Assembly (NCBI RefSeq): GCF_000009045.1
Contig: NC_000964.3
Location: 2,700,001-2,732,000 of the forward strand
Direction of reading: 5' to 3'
DNA length: 32,000 nucleotides
From: Bacillus subtilis subsp. subtilis str. 168
Lineage (GTDB): Bacteria; Bacillota; Bacilli; Bacillales; Bacillaceae
Both the position numbers and the translations under genes were made by a program. Below the pieces are notes generated by a model that was not told the origin of the DNA, searched no databases, and saw nothing but the letters and a program-made list of their open reading frames with translations. Below, one piece after another: positions 18,885-28,979 of this stretch; the stretch's first letter is position 1, and the number at the start of each line of letters is the position of its first letter.

Positions 18885-18917
18885 AAAGCCTGGATGAAAA
18901 TTTCATCTCAGGCTTTA
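18885..18917. terminator. Bidirectional terminator between convergent bltD and yrkA
   Basis: AAAGCCTGGATGAAA / TTTCATCTCAGGCTTT, one-base bulge, flanked by A- and T-rich sequence. Confidence 0.75.
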
Positions 18918-18958
18918 AGCATCTTATTAGTCAAAATCTCATGTGTTTTATCCAGATG

Positions 18959-20263
18959 TTATTCTTTTTTCCGGACAATTTCTAAATAATTAATATGCCG
19001 GCCAACTGTTTCGTGCACTTTAAAAATATACCCATCGGCTTCTATAACGGACCCAACTGCAGCGTCTATTTGTTGAGTCATAAACCAGCCGCCTATTGTA
19101 TCCACTTCGTCACTTGCTAACGTCGTTCCCAATAAATCATTTACATCTTCAATGAGCACTTTCGAATCTAAGATATAGTGATTATCATTTACTTTTCTAA
19201 TATTAGGCACTTCATCTTTATCAAATTCATCTCTGATTTCCCCGACAATTTCTTCAAGAATATCTTCAGCAGTGACTAAACCTGAAGTGCCGCCATATTC
19301 ATCCACAAGAATAGCGATATGTGTTCGCTCTTTTTGCATTTTTACCAATACATCATGAATTGGAACGGATTCAATAACATGGATAACAGGGTTGATATGA
19401 TTTTCTAACTTGAAATCCTCTTTTATCTTCTGGTCTGTGTCAATATAAGCTGACAAAAATTCTTTAGCATTGATAAAACCAATGATTGAATCTTTATCTC
19501 CATTTAGGACTGGGTACCTTGTATAGCTCTCTGTCTTAATGATCTTAACAATAGTTTCATAAGAATCCTCACTAGAAATCGCTACGATCTCTCTTCTCGG
19601 AATCATAATTTCTTTGGCGATTCTTTCATCAAATTCAAAAATATTATTTACATATTTCAACTCATTTTGATTGATTTCACCGCTCTTATAGCTTTCAGAC
19701 AGTAAGATGCGCAGTTCTTCTTCAGAATGAGCAAGTTCATGTTCTGATGCAGGTTTCAAACCGAAGAGTCCTACTATAAACCGGGCTGAACCATTTAAAA
19801 ACCATATAAAAGGGAACAGGATGCGGTAAAACCAAATAATTGGCTTTGCAGTCAAAAGAGTGATGGTTTCCGCTTTTTGGATAGCGAGTGTTTTAGGAGC
19901 AAGCTCTCCAACTACAACGTGCAAAAAAGTCGCCATCACAAAAGCAATCACTAAGATCAATACATGTGAGACTGTTTCACTTACATGAAAATGAGCAAAT
20001 AAGGGGTGCAAAATCACTTCAAAAGTCGATTCTCCGACCCAGCCAATTCCCAACGCTGTAACCGTGATCCCTAATTGACAAGCTGACAAATATTCGTCCA
20101 AATGAGTAATGACCTTTTTGGCTGATATGGCACCTTTTTTTCCCTCTAATATGAGTTGGTCAATTTTTGATGACCTGATCTTTACTATCGCAAATTCAGT
20201 CGCAACAAAAAATGCTGTTAAGACAATTAAAAGAGTAAAGATTATAAGGTTAATGGTTGTCAA
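18959..20263 (-). CDS. yrkA: CNNM/CorC-like (HlyC) transporter-associated membrane protein with CBS domains
   Basis: 434 aa: DUF21 N-terminus, [68 protein letters not shown]-terminal CorC_HlyC domain. Confidence 0.94.
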   Translation of the reverse strand: MTTINLIIFTLLIVLTAFFVATEFAIVKIRSSKIDQLILEGKKGAISAKKVITHLDEYLSACQLGITVTALGIGWVGESTFEVILHPLFAHFHVSETVSHVLILVIAFVMATFLHVVVGELAPKTLAIQKAETITLLTAKPIIWFYRILFPFIWFLNGSARFIVGLFGLKPASEHELAHSEEELRILLSESYKSGEINQNELKYVNNIFEFDERIAKEIMIPRREIVAISSEDSYETIVKIIKTESYTRYPVLNGDKDSIIGFINAKEFLSAYIDTDQKIKEDFKLENHINPVIHVIESVPIHDVLVKMQKERTHIAILVDEYGGTSGLVTAEDILEEIVGEIRDEFDKDEVPNIRKVNDNHYILDSKVLIEDVNDLLGTTLASDEVDTIGGWFMTQQIDAAVGSVIEADGYIFKVHETVGRHINYLEIVRKKE

Positions 20264-20474
20264 TGATTTGCCTTACCTAGTAAGGCGTACACCTCCGATG
20301 TAAATATTTATTGAATAAACAAAAAACAGTATATATAACATTATAAGTTCAAAAGAACCTAAAATCAACTCTGAATGATGTAAATAATCATCTTTTTCCG
20401 TATGGAGAGTGGTTCCCATAGTCTTCAACTAACGATTAGTGGCGTTTTAAGGCTTAAAAAAGAAAGCAAAATAA

Positions 20475-20502
20475 AAACACACCTGAATTTTCTGGTGTGT
20501 TT
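20475..20502 (-). terminator. Intrinsic terminator downstream of yrzO
   Basis: AAACACACC-tgaattttct-GGTGTGTTT hairpin; A-run on the upstream side supports minus-strand termination. Confidence 0.65.
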
Positions 20503-20525
20503 CAATAATACCCAACCGTCTTGAT

Positions 20526-20669
20526 TTATTTAATGTCTTTATAAAGATTTTCTTTTAAAATTTGAATCAATTCGGCCTGTTGCTTTATATTTTTGCGGCC
20601 ATTTCTATTAATTGCAGCAAGTTCACAGACAATTCCAGCTGAAATGAAAAACAATAAACCTTCAAACAT
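20526..20669 (-). CDS. yrzO: Small hydrophobic-N-terminus protein, YrzO-like (47 aa), missing from the supplied ORF track
   Basis: Manual translation MFEGLLFFISAGIVCELAAINRNGRKNIKQQAELIQILKENLYKDIK*, ATG preceded by GTGGGGGAT RBS-like sequence. Confidence 0.8.
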   Translation of the reverse strand: MFEGLLFFISAGIVCELAAINRNGRKNIKQQAELIQILKENLYKDIK

Positions 20670-20686
20670 TTTAAATCCCCCACTGT

Positions 20687-21652
20687 CTAAGTGATAGTCA
20701 AATTTGTTTTTTCTTTTTGCAATACCTGCTTATAATCTTCCTTACGCTGATATATGTTATTTAAAATGAGTCCAATAATGACAAACAGTGTTCCTACTAT
20801 ATCAAAAGCAGTTATGTTATATCCTTTGATCACCATGATTAACAATGTAGTAATGGGGACAAAGTTAATAAATAAAATCCCATTAATGGATGATAGGATT
20901 TTAATGCCATAGTTCCAACTAAGGAGGGCTATGATACCTGGTAAAGTAATCATAAATAAAAAATCATACTTAATTGCTGCAATCACTTTAATACTCGGTA
21001 CCGACACGTAACCTTGCGCGGTAAGTATAGCTGTCATGATTCCTGTTATAGCTGTGCCGAATAAACATGTCAAAGTTGAATAACGAAGTGTGGACCACTC
21101 TCGGAATATCTGTCCCCCCATTGTGTAGACAACCCACCCTAAAACACCAATGAATATAAAGAGTATCGAGAATAGATGATCCCCTAATGAAAAAAAGAAA
21201 CTTATATTACCTTTGGTTATGACCATCGAAGCCCCCAAAAAGGCAATCAATATACTGATCATTGTGTATTTTTTAGGTTTCACATGTTTATATCCCCATA
21301 GAATAACAATTGAAAGCATCGGCATGAGTGCCTCGGCAATGGATGCTGTCATAATTCCAGACTTCCCCATCAACCTTTGACCTAAAAAAATAAGAACATT
21401 GTATATAGTAAACGCCATCACCCCAAATAAAATGATCCATTTTGCTTTACCCTCTAAATGAAATGATTTCTTTCCTTCTCTCACCAATAATAAAATCACT
21501 AACATAATCGTTACCACACCGTAGCGAATAAATGAAAAATAAAACGGATCAACAAATTCTAATGCATGATCTGCAACTGGAAACATCGCGCCCCAAGACA
21601 TACTTGCTACTAAACATGTAAGGGCACCAATGAATAATTGACCTTTTTTCAT
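20687..21652 (-). CDS. yrdR: EamA/DMT-superfamily transporter
   Basis: Ten-TM EamA protein. Likely start at 21652 (MKKGQLFIGALTCLVASMSWGAMFPVAD) preceded by AAAGGAGGGG; the track ORF begins 20 codons upstream. Confidence 0.92.
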   Translation of the reverse strand: MKKGQLFIGALTCLVASMSWGAMFPVADHALEFVDPFYFSFIRYGVVTIMLVILLLVREGKKSFHLEGKAKWIILFGVMAFTIYNVLIFLGQRLMGKSGIMTASIAEALMPMLSIVILWGYKHVKPKKYTMISILIAFLGASMVITKGNISFFFSLGDHLFSILFIFIGVLGWVVYTMGGQIFREWSTLRYSTLTCLFGTAITGIMTAILTAQGYVSVPSIKVIAAIKYDFLFMITLPGIIALLSWNYGIKILSSINGILFINFVPITTLLIMVIKGYNITAFDIVGTLFVIIGLILNNIYQRKEDYKQVLQKEKTNLTIT

Positions 21653-21777
21653 TGAATTCCCCTCCTTTTCTTTAAAATTACAATGAGAATTATAAAAAGA
21701 AGTAAGCATCAAGTAAAATGAACAAAAGTGATGAAAAACATCATTGATAATGATACTTTAATGAAGGGGGGATCTTC

Positions 21778-22644
21778 ATGGAACTGCGAGACTTACAAAT
21801 TTTCAAATGCGTAGCCCATCACAAGAGTATTACCGGTGCTGCAAAAGAGTTAAATTATGTACAATCTAATGTAACTGCGCGGATTAAGCAATTAGAGAAT
21901 GAGCTCAAAACACCTCTTTTCAATCGCCATAAAAAAGGGGTTTCACTAAGCCCAGAGGGCCGAAAAATGATTGAATACGTTAACAAAATTTTGAAAGATG
22001 TTGAAGAACTGGAGCAAGTCTTTCTAGATACTGAAATACCGTCTGGAATATTAAAAATCGGTACAGTGGAAACAGTGAGGATACTGCCGACCATCATAGC
22101 TTCCTATTATAAAAAGTATCCTAATGTGGATTTATCATTGCAGGCTGGTCTAACAGAGGAACTTATTAAAAAGGTCATGAATCACGAATTAGACGGAGCT
22201 TTTATTTCAGGCCCCTTGAAACATTCTATTCTGGAACAGTATGATGTTTATACTGAAAAACTTACTCTTGTAACCAGTAACAAAACGTTTAATATAGAGG
22301 ATTTTTCAACGACTCCGATTCTTGTTTTTAACCAGGGGTGCGGGTATCGGTCTAGGCTTGAACAATGGCTCAAAGATGAAGGTGTGCTCCCAAACAGAAT
22401 GATGGAATTTAACATCCTAGAGACAATCTTAAATAGTGTTGCACTTGGACTCGGTATAACAGTGGTACCGGAATCTGCTGTTATGCATCTAGCTGTACAA
22501 GGTAAGGTTTATTGCCACCCATTGCCTGAGAAAGACAGCTGTATCTCAACAATTTTTATACGCCATAAAGATGCGTACCTGACAAATTCAATGCGCAGCC
22601 TCCTAAAGACCATTGTTGAACATAAAAATATGAGTATGGCTTAA
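21778..22644 (+). CDS. yrdQ: LysR-family transcriptional regulator
   Basis: [51 protein letters not shown]; divergent from yrdR; RBS AAGGGGGG. Confidence 0.94.
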   Translation: MELRDLQIFKCVAHHKSITGAAKELNYVQSNVTARIKQLENELKTPLFNRHKKGVSLSPEGRKMIEYVNKILKDVEELEQVFLDTEIPSGILKIGTVETVRILPTIIASYYKKYPNVDLSLQAGLTEELIKKVMNHELDGAFISGPLKHSILEQYDVYTEKLTLVTSNKTFNIEDFSTTPILVFNQGCGYRSRLEQWLKDEGVLPNRMMEFNILETILNSVALGLGITVVPESAVMHLAVQGKVYCHPLPEKDSCISTIFIRHKDAYLTNSMRSLLKTIVEHKNMSMA

Positions 22645-22730
22645 AGTGATTTTTCTCTTTCTATATTCTAACTTCTTAAATAAAAGAGAAGGCTCATCTC
22701 CACTTCGCTACCCTTATTCACGCAAAAAAT

Positions 22731-22759
22731 AGAGCAGTAAACATGTGAGTTACTGCTCT
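22731..22759. terminator. Hairpin between convergent yrdQ and czcO
   Basis: AGAGCAGTAA-acatgtgag-TTACTGCTCT. Confidence 0.65.
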
Positions 22760-22766
22760 GCTTCGT

Positions 22767-23804
22767 TTATTCACCGTTCATTTGTTTTACAATGTATTCA
22801 GCATCATTTCCTACGCCTTGAAGCAACGCTGAACCTCGCTTATGCTGCCAAGGCAAACCTATAAAGTACAATCCTTCTACAGGTGAAACACCTCTATGAT
22901 GTATGATTCGACCTTCTTGATCCAAAACACCTTTTATATTTATCCAACATAAGGGATTCCTGAAACCAGTAGCCCAAATAATATTGTTTACTTCTAATGT
23001 AGATGAATCTTTAAAAATGATTTCATTTTGCTTTGCGGCAATGACTCTTTTTTTTAAGATGATCTCCTTCTGTTTTATTGCATGTTTTAATTCATGCCCA
23101 AATACTGGATCACCTTTCTTTTGAATGAATTTGCCTACTATTGATGTATGACTTGCATGTAAAACTCCTAGTTTATCAAACCACCAAAAGATGCTTCTTT
23201 TTCCGATCATTAAAGGGAAATAAACAAGTTTATTACTACAAGCTAAATATGTAACTCTTTCTTTGGATAATTCAACAGCTATTTGAGCACCACTATTCCC
23301 ACCACCAACTACTAGTACATTTCCATATGCCAATTGTTTTGAATTCTTATATTGTGATGAGTGTAGTTGATTAATATTATCGGATAAATCCTTTGATATT
23401 GATGGAATATTAGGGGTATGAAAAGGCCCTGTAGCAATGACAAGATTCTTCGTTTGATATTCTTCCCGATTTGTTTTTATTAAGAAATAATTCTTTATTT
23501 TTAGGACACTTATTACTTCTGTCCGTAATTGGATTGGAATTTCAAATTTTTTAACATACTTCTTTAGATAAGCAACAATTTCATTTTTTGAAGGAAATCC
23601 ATGTTTTTCTCCTTCAAGATGCATTCCAGGCAAAGAGCTATACATTCGAGAAGTAAATAAAACTAATGAGTCATACCGATCTTTCCAGCTCTCCCCCACC
23701 TCATGACTTTTATCCAAAATGATAAACTTTTGATCGGACTGCTTAAGATAATATCCTATTGAGATCCCTGCTTGACCAGCCCCGATTACTATAGTGTCGT
23801 ACAC
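22767..23804 (-). CDS. czcO: Flavin-containing monooxygenase-like oxidoreductase
   Basis: N-terminal GAGQAGISIGYYLK FAD-binding and central VVGGGNSGAQIAVELS NADPH-binding motifs, ATGFRNPLCW; adjacent to czcD. Confidence 0.93.
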   Translation of the reverse strand: MYDTIVIGAGQAGISIGYYLKQSDQKFIILDKSHEVGESWKDRYDSLVLFTSRMYSSLPGMHLEGEKHGFPSKNEIVAYLKKYVKKFEIPIQLRTEVISVLKIKNYFLIKTNREEYQTKNLVIATGPFHTPNIPSISKDLSDNINQLHSSQYKNSKQLAYGNVLVVGGGNSGAQIAVELSKERVTYLACSNKLVYFPLMIGKRSIFWWFDKLGVLHASHTSIVGKFIQKKGDPVFGHELKHAIKQKEIILKKRVIAAKQNEIIFKDSSTLEVNNIIWATGFRNPLCWINIKGVLDQEGRIIHHRGVSPVEGLYFIGLPWQHKRGSALLQGVGNDAEYIVKQMNGE

Positions 23805-23891
23805 ATTATCACCCCGCCAATTTCAAATTGTCAGTAGACAGAATCTGCAAAATCCTAGTTGATCTCCTCACTATAAAGTTAGATAAAAAAT

Positions 23892-24827
23892 TTAATGGTG
23901 ATGGTGGTCACGCTGCTTCTCCATTTTGGGCTGACAAAGGATCGCATTGTCGTGGTTATGCGCTTCGGTTTCCATTTGAATGGTTACGTGCGTAATGCCT
24001 TTATGCTCAAGTTCATGTTCAATTTTGCGTAAAATATTTTCACTTTCTGAAATGGTCAGTTGATCGTCAACAACTGCGTGGCAAGAAAGAGCATTCAATC
24101 CGCTTGTGATAGACCATATGTGTAAATCATGAATGTTTTGAATTCCCTCTGTCCCTTCAATTGTACGAATGATATCAGAGACATCGATATTTTCTGGAGT
24201 TCCTTCCATTAAGATGTGAATGGAATCTTTAGTCACATTGTAACCGCTTCTTAGAACAAGAATAGCCACAATGATACTAGCCAATGGATCTGCCCAGCCC
24301 CATCCAAAGAAGATGATAAGTATGGCAGCTAAAATGGCACCTACAGAGCCGAGCATATCGCTTATTACATGTAAATAAGCTCCTCTTATATTCAGATTAT
24401 TCTTTGTATCTCCGCCACTCATCATAATCCAAGCGACCAATAGATTCACAACTAACCCGATGATACTAATTGTAAGCATGCCGGTTGTTGCTACTTTTGG
24501 TGGATTAGAGAAGCGTTCGATTGCTTCATAAATGATATAAAGAGAAATAAGAATTAAGGCAGCACCGTTTATCACAGCTGCAAGAATCTCAAATCGTTTA
24601 TAGCCGAATGTCTTATTGTGATTTGCCTTTTTTTCAGCTAATGTAAAAGCAATCAGGGCAACCATTAATGAAATTGAATCACTCAGCATATGGCCTGCAT
24701 CAGATAAAAGCGCCAGGCTATTTGTTAAAAATCCACCTATAGCTTCTATAATCATATAACCTGTAATCATGATAAAAGAGATCAATAAAACCTTTTTATT
24801 TGCTCCTTCATTATGATTGTGACCCAT
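23892..24827 (-). CDS. czcD: Cation diffusion facilitator (Zn/Cd efflux)
   Basis: MGHNHNEGANKKVLL start at 24827 with AGGAG RBS; GGFLTNSLALLSDAGHMLSDS, HVISDMLGSVGAI, HDLHIWSITSG, C-terminal HHHH. The track ORF starts 35 codons too early. Confidence 0.95.
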   Translation of the reverse strand: MGHNHNEGANKKVLLISFIMITGYMIIEAIGGFLTNSLALLSDAGHMLSDSISLMVALIAFTLAEKKANHNKTFGYKRFEILAAVINGAALILISLYIIYEAIERFSNPPKVATTGMLTISIIGLVVNLLVAWIMMSGGDTKNNLNIRGAYLHVISDMLGSVGAILAAILIIFFGWGWADPLASIIVAILVLRSGYNVTKDSIHILMEGTPENIDVSDIIRTIEGTEGIQNIHDLHIWSITSGLNALSCHAVVDDQLTISESENILRKIEHELEHKGITHVTIQMETEAHNHDNAILCQPKMEKQRDHHHH

Positions 24828-24920
24828 AAAAAACTCCTCCTTACCTAAAGTTTTTAATACATATGTATTTATTATTTCAAATCTGTTATGAAGCATTCTA
24901 ACATGATACAAATAATATTT

Positions 24921-24944
24921 ATATATGAGCATGTGTTCATATAT
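24921..24944. promoter_or_regulatory. ArsR-family (CzrA-like) operator candidate upstream of czcD
   Basis: ATATATGAGCATGTGTTCATATAT, imperfect 24-bp palindrome resembling CzrA/SmtB-type sites, about 95 bp upstream of the czcD start. Confidence 0.7.
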
Positions 24945-25031
24945 AAATATATCTGCTCTTTACTGAAATGTCAAAATATTTTTATAGAAATCCACAATAC
25001 CTCCTTAATTATTCTTTTATAAACATAAAAA

Positions 25032-25060
25032 AGCGGAGCAAACACATGGTTTGCTCCGCT
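25032..25060. terminator. Intrinsic terminator downstream of yrdN
   Basis: AGCGGAGCAAAC-acatg-GTTTGCTCCGCT, 12-bp perfect stem. Confidence 0.75.
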
Positions 25061-25113
25061 ACCCTAGTTTCTCTATCCTTTTCTTCAATCAAGCATTTGA
25101 GGGTAGTATTCAA

Positions 25114-25569
25114 CTACAATTTACCTGTTAAAAATTGGGCCTCACCAAGTCCAAAACTCCAGTCAGCATTATCATTTTCAACAATAGATACAATTAAATC
25201 AGTTGATGCGATACCACACTCAGATTCCAGTCTTTCAGCTAACAGCCTGTAAAATTTTTGTTTCTTCTCTTCCGGTCGGGATTTACTTGTAACTGAAAGA
25301 ACAACAAGATTTTTAGTTCGGTTAAATCCTAACCCAGTATCCTCAATAATCATATGATTTTCTGGATGTTCATGAACAATTTGATAACGGTCTTGTTGAG
25401 GCACATCAAAAGCCTCTACTACAACATTGTGAGCGACATCTAAAAGTTTTTTCAAACTTGATTGATCTCGCCCTTCTATTAAGTCAAAACGAAGTAATGG
25501 CATAAAATCCCCTCCTTCTACTACAACAGTCTTTTTAATTTCATTCGTTAATGTGTCAGCTATTTCCAA
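25114..25569 (-). CDS. yrdN: Tautomerase-family protein (4-oxalocrotonate tautomerase-like, fused/large form)
   Basis: [43 protein letters not shown] with N-terminal Pro. Likely start at MPLLRF (about 25504), as the track ORF includes 22 extra codons. Confidence 0.88.
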   Translation of the reverse strand: MEIADTLTNEIKKTVVVEGGDFMPLLRFDLIEGRDQSSLKKLLDVAHNVVVEAFDVPQQDRYQIVHEHPENHMIIEDTGLGFNRTKNLVVLSVTSKSRPEEKKQKFYRLLAERLESECGIASTDLIVSIVENDNADWSFGLGEAQFLTGKL

Positions 25570-25836
25570 GCAGCTGCTACATTTAGAAAATAAAGTAATT
25601 TCCCAATAACCCCTTCATTCTGGTGTTAGTCAAGCCTATGTTATGATGTGTATTTCCATAGGCAATATACAGAATCAACTTCGAGTAATTAACCATTTTT
25701 TGAAATAGCTTTATCACTTACTTTAGAAATCATTTATTCTTCTAAGCTTTAGTTTACATGAAGCTCTGCTATCATATATAATTCAAAATTAAGATGGAAG
25801 ACATCTCAAAATCAGATATCAACTATGGAGGACTAG

Positions 25837-26727
25837 ATGAATATTCAGTTGTTACAGGTTTTTCTCACTACTGCTCGTGAAGGCAGTATTTCCAAGGCTG
25901 CTCTGACTTTAAATTATGCACAATCGAATGTAACGAATAAGATACAACAACTAGAAAACGATTTACAGACAAAATTATTCTATCGTCATAGTCGAGGAAT
26001 CACACTTACTCCCCCAGGGCAAATTCTTGTTTCTTACTCAGAGAAAATTCTACATACTATTGAAGAAGCTAGAGCAGCCATGGGCGAATCATCCGCGCCT
26101 TCTGGGCCACTGCGTATAGGATCAATGGAAACAACAGCTGCAGTTTGGCTTCCTCAACTCCTTGCACATTATAATAACCTCTATCCAAATGTTGATTTGA
26201 ACCTAGTAACCGGCCCTACGGAACAACAAATACAAGCAGTTTTACATTATGAGTTAAACGGCGCTTTTATTTCAGGGCCTATTGAACACCCTGATTTAGT
26301 TCAAGAAAAGGTATTGGATGAAGAGATGGTTCTTGTTACAAGTGCTTCACACCCTGTGATTTCTTCCATTCAGGATGTTCAAACACAAACAATGCTTGTA
26401 TTCCGTAAAGGATGCTCATACAGAGCAAAGCTCAATCATATCCTGCAAGAAGAAGGTTTATTACCTATAAAATTAATGGAATTTGGCATACTTGAAGCGA
26501 TCATTGGCTGTGTAAGCGCCGGCTTGGGGATTTCACTGCTGCCTCGTTCAATCATTGCTTCGCATGAAAAAGAAGGCCGCATCCGCAGCCACACTATCTC
26601 TGACAAATATTCTTTTGTATCAACTATGTTTATAAGGCGGAAAGACACTTTAATTACCCCTGCTTTATCTGCTTTTTTAACGCATATGAGGGATCATTTT
26701 CAGATAAAGAGGCCAGATCAATCGTAA
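25837..26727 (+). CDS. gltR: LysR-family transcriptional regulator GltR
   Basis: MNIQLLQVFLTTAREGSISKAALTLNYAQSNVTNKIQQLENDLQTKLFYRHSRGITLT; divergent from yrdN, similar to the YrdQ-like regulator in this window. Confidence 0.93.
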   Translation: MNIQLLQVFLTTAREGSISKAALTLNYAQSNVTNKIQQLENDLQTKLFYRHSRGITLTPPGQILVSYSEKILHTIEEARAAMGESSAPSGPLRIGSMETTAAVWLPQLLAHYNNLYPNVDLNLVTGPTEQQIQAVLHYELNGAFISGPIEHPDLVQEKVLDEEMVLVTSASHPVISSIQDVQTQTMLVFRKGCSYRAKLNHILQEEGLLPIKLMEFGILEAIIGCVSAGLGISLLPRSIIASHEKEGRIRSHTISDKYSFVSTMFIRRKDTLITPALSAFLTHMRDHFQIKRPDQS

Positions 26728-26820
26728 ATAAATGGATGGAAGGCATGCTTCGCCTCAAAATACCCCTGATCAGTTGTCTGATATAAAAATATAGGCGCAT
26801 CTCAATGTTTGTATAGAGCA

Positions 26821-26853
26821 AAAAAGCAAACTTCGGTATGTAGTTTGCTTTTT
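26821..26853 (+). terminator. Intrinsic terminator downstream of gltR
   Basis: AAAAAGCAAACT-tcggtatgt-AGTTTGCTTTTT plus TCTT. Confidence 0.7.
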
Positions 26854-26878
26854 CTTCGTGATTTTGCACTCTGAATCG

Positions 26879-27159
26879 TGAAACCTAGTCGATATTAGGA
26901 TGTAGATTTTCCTCATTCAAAGAATTTTGAACGAAGGTCATTGCCCTAGACACTTGGTTGCGTCTTGAAGTTAAAGGCTGACTATTTCCTAAAGCGTCAA
27001 TCGCTCTCACAACTATTAAATATTCACCTACAGATTTCGGGTGACAACGGGAAGATTGATATTTTCGGTTGGACAGGGGCAGAACATCCAATTGTAACAG
27101 TTGAAGTATCCACTGATGGAGGAGATCCTGCAGATCTGAGTGATATTGCTGTTGATTGA
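26879..27159. pseudogene. Remnant(s) of a beta-sandwich/Ig-like or Mo-co-dimerisation-like protein, halves in opposite orientation
   Basis: Minus strand: GEYLIVVRAIDALGNSQPLTSRRNQVSRAMTFVQNSLNEENLHPNID*. Plus strand: GDNGKIDIFGWTGAEHPIVTVEVSTDGGDPADLSDIAVD*. Neither has a start codon/RBS context for a full domain. Confidence 0.4.
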
Positions 27160-28482
27160 TCAACTTGTTTTTGTTCGGAATATACTCAGTATATAGCCGC
27201 ATATTCCTCCTGCAATAGCTGGAATGAGCCACCCCAGCCCTATGTTATACATAGGAAGAATCTGAGTGAAAATACGATTCACAACTTCAATTTTTATTCC
27301 AGCCGCCTTCAAACCGTCAAATAGGCTGATGATGAATGCGAATAATAAACTGCCTTGATACACTTCTGTCTTCCCTTTAAATACAGAATGCAAAAACGTT
27401 AAAAATATTAAGGAAATCGCGATAGGATACATCGTCAGTAAGACAGGCATTGACACCTTAATGAGCTGGGTTAATCCTATATTTGCGACAAGCGTACTAA
27501 ACACTGATAAAACGACAGCAATTTTTTTATAAGAAATGTTCGGAAATAATTCATGAAAAAATGAAGAACACGCTGTGATCAGCCCGACACTTGTCGTCAG
27601 ACACGCCACTGTAATCATTAAGCCCAATAAGATTGAACCATAAGATCCAAAATAATAGGATGAAACCTTAGCCAAAACCTCTGCTCCATTTTCTAAAATC
27701 CCCAGTTCTTCAACGCTGGAAGCCCCCATATAGGAAAGGGCTGTATACATAACTGCTAAGAGTACAGCTGCAATCGCGGCTGCTTTTGCACAAACAACTA
27801 TCAGCTGTTTTTTGGTAGAAGCTCCTTGTTCTTTCAATGCATTCACGATGATAATTCCAAAAACAAATGCTACAAGGGCATCCAGAGTGAGGTATCCTTC
27901 CTGAAATCCTTTAAAAAACGCTTGTGATGTGTACCCTTTTGATGGTGCTTGAATGGTTCCAATTGGGCGAATAAGAGCTACGGCTACAAGCAATCCGATA
28001 AATGTCAGCTTAATTGGCGTCAAAAATTTACCAACTATATCAATGATTTTTGAAGGATTGAGTGATAACAAGCATGCCAATGCGAAAAATAATATTGTAA
28101 ATATGATCAATGAGACAGGGCTTGCATCATTTGATAAAAAAGGTTTTACCCCAATTTCAAACGATACGTTTCCTGATCTCGGGATAGCGAAAAAAGGCCC
28201 GATTGCCAAATAGAGAATCGTCGTAAATACAATGCCAAACACCGGGTGAACACGGCTGGCTAACGACTGTAAGTTTTGTTTACCCGAAAAAACAAATGCT
28301 GTTATAGCCAGTAATGGCAATCCAACTCCGGTCACTAAGAAACCTGCATTAGCGACCCATACATTTTTCCCGGCCAATTGACCAAGCATAGGCGGAAAAA
28401 TGAGATTTCCTGCTCCAAAAAACAATGCAAATAGCATTAATCCTATAATGATGATATAGGAAGCAGACACTTTTTTTGACAT
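27160..28482 (-). CDS. brnQ: Branched-chain amino acid transporter (LIVCS family)
   Basis: MSKKVSASYIIIIGLMLFALFFGAGNLIFPPMLGQLAGKNVW...GGNPIFAIPRSGNVSFE-type BrnQ motifs. RBS GGAGG before ATG at 28482. Confidence 0.95.
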   Translation of the reverse strand: MSKKVSASYIIIIGLMLFALFFGAGNLIFPPMLGQLAGKNVWVANAGFLVTGVGLPLLAITAFVFSGKQNLQSLASRVHPVFGIVFTTILYLAIGPFFAIPRSGNVSFEIGVKPFLSNDASPVSLIIFTILFFALACLLSLNPSKIIDIVGKFLTPIKLTFIGLLVAVALIRPIGTIQAPSKGYTSQAFFKGFQEGYLTLDALVAFVFGIIIVNALKEQGASTKKQLIVVCAKAAAIAAVLLAVMYTALSYMGASSVEELGILENGAEVLAKVSSYYFGSYGSILLGLMITVACLTTSVGLITACSSFFHELFPNISYKKIAVVLSVFSTLVANIGLTQLIKVSMPVLLTMYPIAISLIFLTFLHSVFKGKTEVYQGSLLFAFIISLFDGLKAAGIKIEVVNRIFTQILPMYNIGLGWLIPAIAGGICGYILSIFRTKTS

Positions 28483-28646
28483 TATATATCCTCCGATTAA
28501 AGTAGACACTTCTTGAATAGCCAGGAAACATTACAGATGCTATTTGCACTGGCACAGTGTTGATTCCAAAATAAGCTTGTGTCAGTTTTATATATTTTTA
28601 TCAAGTTAAATAAAAGCATGATCATTTTGATCGTTTCCGATATCGG

Positions 28647-28979
28647 TTAAAAAACCAATTGCACCAAAACCATATAAACAACGGTTCCCCCCGCTATGGA
28701 AAGAAGCATATTTTTCTTCCACAAGTGAAGCAGTACAACAGCAGCTGCTCCAACCAATTCAGGAATGCCATGACTTCCAGAAAGTAGACTCACATCTTTC
28801 AAACAATAAATGACTAAAAGCCCGATTACCGCTGATGGCAGCACTTTACCAAGATACTGTACATATTTCGGTGTCGGTTTGCCAGACGGGAAAATCATGA
28901 ATGGAAGGAACCGTGTCAGCATTGTTCCAAGCACGACCATTGCGATGGTGATCATTTGCTGCGTCATAGTCATCGTCAT
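28647..28979 (-). CDS. azlD: AzlD, small subunit of branched-chain amino acid exporter
   Basis: 110-aa AzlD family: [47 protein letters not shown]; overlaps azlC stop/start. Confidence 0.94.

Noticed and set aside
27953-28213. 86-aa plus ORF inside brnQ, and similar antisense ORFs in blt, yrkJ and bltR
   Set aside because: Antisense to strongly supported transporter/regulator genes, without RBS or family features.
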